DNA of 63,284 nucleotides, counting the filler, from Licmophora abbreviata (Eukaryota), in NCBI GenBank assembly GCA_900291995.1. It is 5 parts of 5 records of this genome, joined end to end, with 100 filler letters (N's around TTAATTAATTAA, not from the genome) between each part and the next. Parts side by side here need not be neighbours in the genome. Positions count along the whole stretch, not along the records: positions 61,893 to 63,284 come from OLMU01006042.1; 4 more parts are not named here. The stretch is one strand, 5' to 3'. Of this stretch, positions 61,895 to 63,284 are shown piece by piece. Below the pieces are notes generated by a model. That model ran no database searches. It was not told the origin of the DNA and saw nothing but the letters and a program-made list of their open reading frames with translations. Each line of letters starts with the position of its first letter. The stretch's first letter is position 1. A program made the position numbers and the translations under genes.

Positions 61895-63284
61895 CGCGAA
61901 GACAACACACATCAGCAAGGGGACTACAACCGTCCCCGTCGTCCGAACCCTGAGACAATTTCATATCTTCGGTCGCTTCCGTTGGATCTCCAAGTCGCGC
62001 GCGAAGAGATCGCTCAGTTTCTTCACGAAGAAACATCGTCCGGCTCTGATCCTCTCTTTCCTCAGACACTCGCTGCAGCGCTTGCAGCCATTGACGAAGT
62101 ACGAAATGAGATTGCCTCCTTAGCCGGCGACGAGTACGGTTCGCAATGTTTGGAGCTTTTGGCGGCCATTGTCTGCCCTTATTCGGAACAGGCCGCGAGA
62201 TGGATGGTCCACGCACTCTCCGGTTACCACCTTCACTTGGCGACTCATCGCTTTGGATCACACGTGGTTCAGACTATCCTAGAACTGAGCGCCAGTCAGA
62301 GCTGCAAAGTTGATTTAGGCTTGCACGAGGAGGCGCCGACGAGTGGTGCCGACGGCGAGTCACTACCATCGTTGACCGATCTGGTGCTGGGCATGGTCGA
62401 CGAGCTTGCCCCTCACGCGGCGCAGTTATCGGTACATGTATGTGGATCTCATGTTCTTCGAACGCTGTTGTGCGTATTGGGTGGTGTCATTGTTGTCCCC
62501 AATGCACAGAATACCGAGAACAGTGCGGTGCGGCGCGGTAAGATCAAATCGAAAAAGAAGAAGAAGAAAAAGTCTCTTGATGCCCAAGAACAGCGTCATC
62601 GCGTGGGAATGCATATGGAGTACCGAACAGATACCTCACGATTGCAGCTACACGACAATGCTTTCCAGAGTGCACTTGATCAGTTGACAGAAGCCTTGGC
62701 TGGCGGGGAAGACATGAACCCTGCTGCCCCCGACGAGCTACAACGACTTGCGTGTCATGCTAGTGCAGGGCCTCTGTTGATTACTCTGCTACGTGTTTTG
62801 ACTTATCGCTTCTCCACACAACACCATACTACGAAAAGCGGGTCCATGCATGCGGACCGCCACCTAGGTCTACTCAGGGAAGAGCCTCACTTCGCCATGA
62901 ACTCGCCAGCTCACAAACTCGCAAAGCAAATCCTCTGTTGGCAAGCATCACCCGACGCCAGCATGGACACTGTATCGAAACAGCAGTCGCTTGCAGCCAA
63001 TGTCTTATATGGCATGTCAGGCGAGCCTCGTGGATCGCACATGGTGGAGTCACTGTTGCAACTGAGTCCGGATGAGTGGTATGCGGATGTCCTGGAGCTT
63101 GGAGACTACGCGAACCCGTCGACAATGCAGGATTACGTGCAGCACGACGTGAGCAACTTTGTCGTTCAGACGGTGCTCAGCACCATTCGCTCTTCAGAGC
63201 AAGCGGATTCGCTTTTGAAGAGTGTGGAAAAGAGCATATCATCAGGATACGTGTCGAATCCCGAGAACAAGCGCCGTGGCATCT
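61895..63284 (+). CDS. NOP9: Nucleolar protein 9 (Pumilio-like repeats), partial at both ends; absent from the ORF track because it has no stop
   Basis: Frame from 61895 reads PNPETISYLRSL...SLAGDEYGSQCLE...LATHRFGSHVVQTIL...GSHVLRTLL...GSHMVESLL...VSNFVVQTVL. Confidence 0.85.

Overview
Gene-dense eukaryotic nuclear DNA, most likely from a pennate diatom. Evidence: short GT-AG introns, bipartite signal + 'A-F' plastid presequences, a LIP-type aquaporin and diatom-style protein families. The window is five contigs joined by artificial 100-bp N44-TTAATTAATTAA-N44 linkers (contigs about 1-15872, 15973-38718, 38819-57856, 57957-61792, 61893-63284), so adjacency across linkers is meaningless. About 28 genes can be rebuilt by hand, including CysRS, plastid GGPP synthase, proteasome alpha4, chorismate mutase, LIP aquaporin, a large BRWD-like chromatin reader, class II PRPP synthetase, Sec61gamma, a double-domain dCMP deaminase, a sirtuin-ZZ fusion, Oxa1, PIG-A, NDPK, RPAP1, two Mediator-like proteins, LarC, two mitochondrial-carrier-family proteins and Nop9, plus three decayed pseudogene regions. 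Most notable: a eukaryotic LarC that has lost its N-terminal His/Glu/Asp motifs but keeps the C-terminal domain; a phosphate-carrier-like protein with plastid and twin-Arg-like signals; the sirtuin-ZZ fusion; a dispersed non-coding TACC(A/T)GGTA palindrome; a 1-nt frameshift in NDPK; and a suspicious tail-to-tail gene junction near 59.6 kb. All family calls come from motif recognition by eye; no searches were run.
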